Positions 25,831 through 25,966 of a stretch of 25,966 bases of DNA are shown in pieces (positions within the stretch are counted from its first letter, which is position 1; every line of letters begins with the position of its first letter). The notes below the pieces were generated by a model. The model was not told where the DNA came from. It worked only from the letters and a program-made list of their open reading frames with translations, and did no database searches. This stretch comes from Verrucomicrobiota bacterium (lineage in GTDB: Bacteria > Verrucomicrobiota > Verrucomicrobiia > Limisphaerales > CANJXF01), in the NCBI GenBank assembly GCA_038214755.1, contig JBBQRQ010000075.1:1-25966 (forward strand), in the 5' to 3' direction. The position numbers and the translations under genes are program-made.

Positions 25831-25966
25831 GTCTAGTGTCCCATAAATGACTATACTTATTTTCTTCGCTTTTTCCGCTTTTTCTTTTGCGACCAGCCCG
25901 GCTTGATCGTTTCCAAGGCGGCTCGCCCCCGCGCGACCTTGTCCATGATTTTTTGAACCGTCGCGG
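25828..25966 (-). mobile_element. Right end of a probable IS630-family insertion sequence (partial)
   Basis: Terminus CTAGTCTAGTGTCCCATAAAT just beyond the stop of a transposase-like C-terminus; CTAG/TA end typical of IS630. Confidence 0.7.
25857..25964 (-). CDS. C-terminus of a probable IS630-family transposase (truncated by window edge)
   Basis: (T)ATVQKIMDKVARGRAALETIKPGWSQKKKRKKRRK*, resembling the segment after the PFxWT motif of IS630 transposases; not in the ORF track. Confidence 0.65.
   Translation of the reverse strand, partial: ATVQKIMDKVARGRAALETIKPGWSQKKKRKKRRK

Overview
Chromosomal window from a Verrucomicrobiota-like (PVC) bacterium, inferred from the DUF1501/DUF1553 pair, the prepilin/H-X9-DG protein and the ASTNLxxW C-terminal motif. 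It runs from the 3' end of groEL through metabolic and envelope genes (PfkB kinase, DUF1080, RluA, a BNR propeller-Ig protein, NamZ-like, BioF-like, esterase, hicAB, folC, D-Ala-D-Ala dipeptidase, DUF1501 with a planctomycete cytochrome c/DUF1549/DUF1553 protein, SIS isomerase, DAHP synthase, DUF1800-DUF1501, MBL hydrolase, CDGSH protein) to the end of a probable IS630-type element. Three observations stand out. (1) The 3' end of aroF occurs three times with increasing decay, bracketing small cargo cassettes: a TA pair, an unknown protein and a pilin-like gene. (2) A 22-codon Phe/Trp/Tyr-rich leader peptide, missing from the ORF track, forms a complete attenuator upstream of aroF. (3) Many different REP-like palindrome doublets nest inside one another, including one nested pair inserted in frame in the 1198-aa cytochrome gene. 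All calls come from reading the sequence; no searches were run.
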